Part shown: positions 63,347 through 64,000 of the stretch, in pieces
Numbering within the stretch: position 1 is the stretch's first letter
Layout: each line of letters begins with the position of its first letter
NCBI GenBank assembly: GCA_038229875.1
Contig: JBBROA010000004.1
Coordinates: forward strand, 161-64,160
Length of the DNA: 64,000 nt
Direction of reading: 5' to 3'
DNA from: Thermoanaerobaculia bacterium
GTDB lineage: Bacteria > Acidobacteriota > Thermoanaerobaculia > UBA5066 > Gp7-AA6
Program-made: the position numbers and the translations under genes
The notes under the pieces: model-generated
What the model saw: the letters and a program-made list of their open reading frames with translations, nothing else
Told to the model about the DNA's origin: nothing
The model's database searches: none

Positions 63347-64000
63347 GTGTTGCCGCTCGTCGAAAACGAAATGCTGAAACTCTGGAAACGGCGGCGCTTC
63401 CGGCTGGTTCTCCTCATCTTAGTCGGCTTGATCGGAACGATCGTCTTCGCGCAGGTGCAGACGCGCGAGAAGTTCGGCTCGAAAAAGGACTGGCGCATCG
63501 ACACTCAGGAGCGCGTGGCCCGAATGCGCAACTGGGTCCGCCAGGGAAGGATGCCCGACTCGCAGAAGAACTGGACGAGGTTCGAGATCGACAGGCTCCA
63601 GTACCACCTCGACCGCAACATCGACCCGGAGGCGGTGTCGGGCCCTCTCTTTACGCGCGGCTTCGCGAACGCGTCGAGTTATCTGCTGCTGCATCTCCTC
63701 GCGATCGTCTTCGCGGCCGACGTCGTTTCCTCGGAGTTCTCGCAGGGCACGATCAAGCTGCTCCTGACCCGCCCGATCTCGAGGAGCCGGGTGCTGGGCT
63801 CGAAGCTCGTCGCGCTCCTCCTCGCCATCGGGCTGACCGTCTTAGTCGGCGGGTGTGTCGCGTACCTCTTCGGCGGGATGGCCTACGGGTTCCGGGGGTG
63901 GGGGGCGCCCGTCCTGACGGGTTTCCGGCAGATCGCGGGCACGTTCGACACGTCGTCGGTTCGCGCGGTGCCGCTGTGGGAGGACGTCATCGCGGTCTTC
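63341..64000 (+). CDS. ABC-2-type transporter permease (3' end beyond the window)
   Basis: MRVLPLVENEMLKLWKRRRF...FAADVVSSEFSQGTIKLLLTRPISR, typical ABC-2 permease N-terminus. Open to the window end. Confidence 0.8.
   Translation, partial: MRVLPLVENEMLKLWKRRRFRLVLLILVGLIGTIVFAQVQTREKFGSKKDWRIDTQERVARMRNWVRQGRMPDSQKNWTRFEIDRLQYHLDRNIDPEAVSGPLFTRGFANASSYLLLHLLAIVFAADVVSSEFSQGTIKLLLTRPISRSRVLGSKLVALLLAIGLTVLVGGCVAYLFGGMAYGFRGWGAPVLTGFRQIAGTFDTSSVRAVPLWEDVIAVF

Overview
GC-rich bacterial chromosomal window. The gene content, for example an ADOP-type duplicated orphan permease, suggests Acidobacteriota, but that is an inference. Positions 1-38.5 kb hold a nearly co-directional run of small stress and detoxification genes: DinB-like, GNAT, VOC/glyoxalase, DoxX, RidA, cupin, tautomerase, SET, ankyrin and others. 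Several of these are decayed or frameshifted copies. At 38.6-42.1 kb sits a clearly delimited, lower-GC IS1-family transposon. It has perfect 18-bp terminal inverted repeats and an 8-bp target duplication. It carries an amber-interrupted DNA methyltransferase-nuclease fusion, a HARE-HTH-like protein, a small basic protein and a tRNA-Ala/tmRNA-like minihelix. It lies directly upstream of an orphan error-prone polymerase gene (dnaE2). Downstream are a YfhO-like membrane protein, a DevABC/MacAB-like efflux operon, a 5-oxoprolinase (pxp) cluster with an amino-acid permease, two tandem sigma54-promoted secreted Tyr/Gly/Arg/Asp-rich paralogs, and an ABC-2 exporter. The most unusual signals are listed here. 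(1) A candidate selenoprotein at 30730-32760, where an in-frame UGA sits at the nucleophilic Cys position of a thioredoxin fold and is followed by an fdhF-like SECIS hairpin. (2) The cargo-carrying IS1-family element and its tRNA-like RNA. (3) A roughly 100-nt structured repeat present twice with compensatory stem changes. (4) A heme-c sensor/HAMP protein paired with a soluble Ser/Thr kinase. (5) An M13 peptidase with HDxxH in place of HExxH. No rRNA, canonical tRNA or CRISPR array was seen. All functional calls rest on motif recognition by eye; no database search was run.
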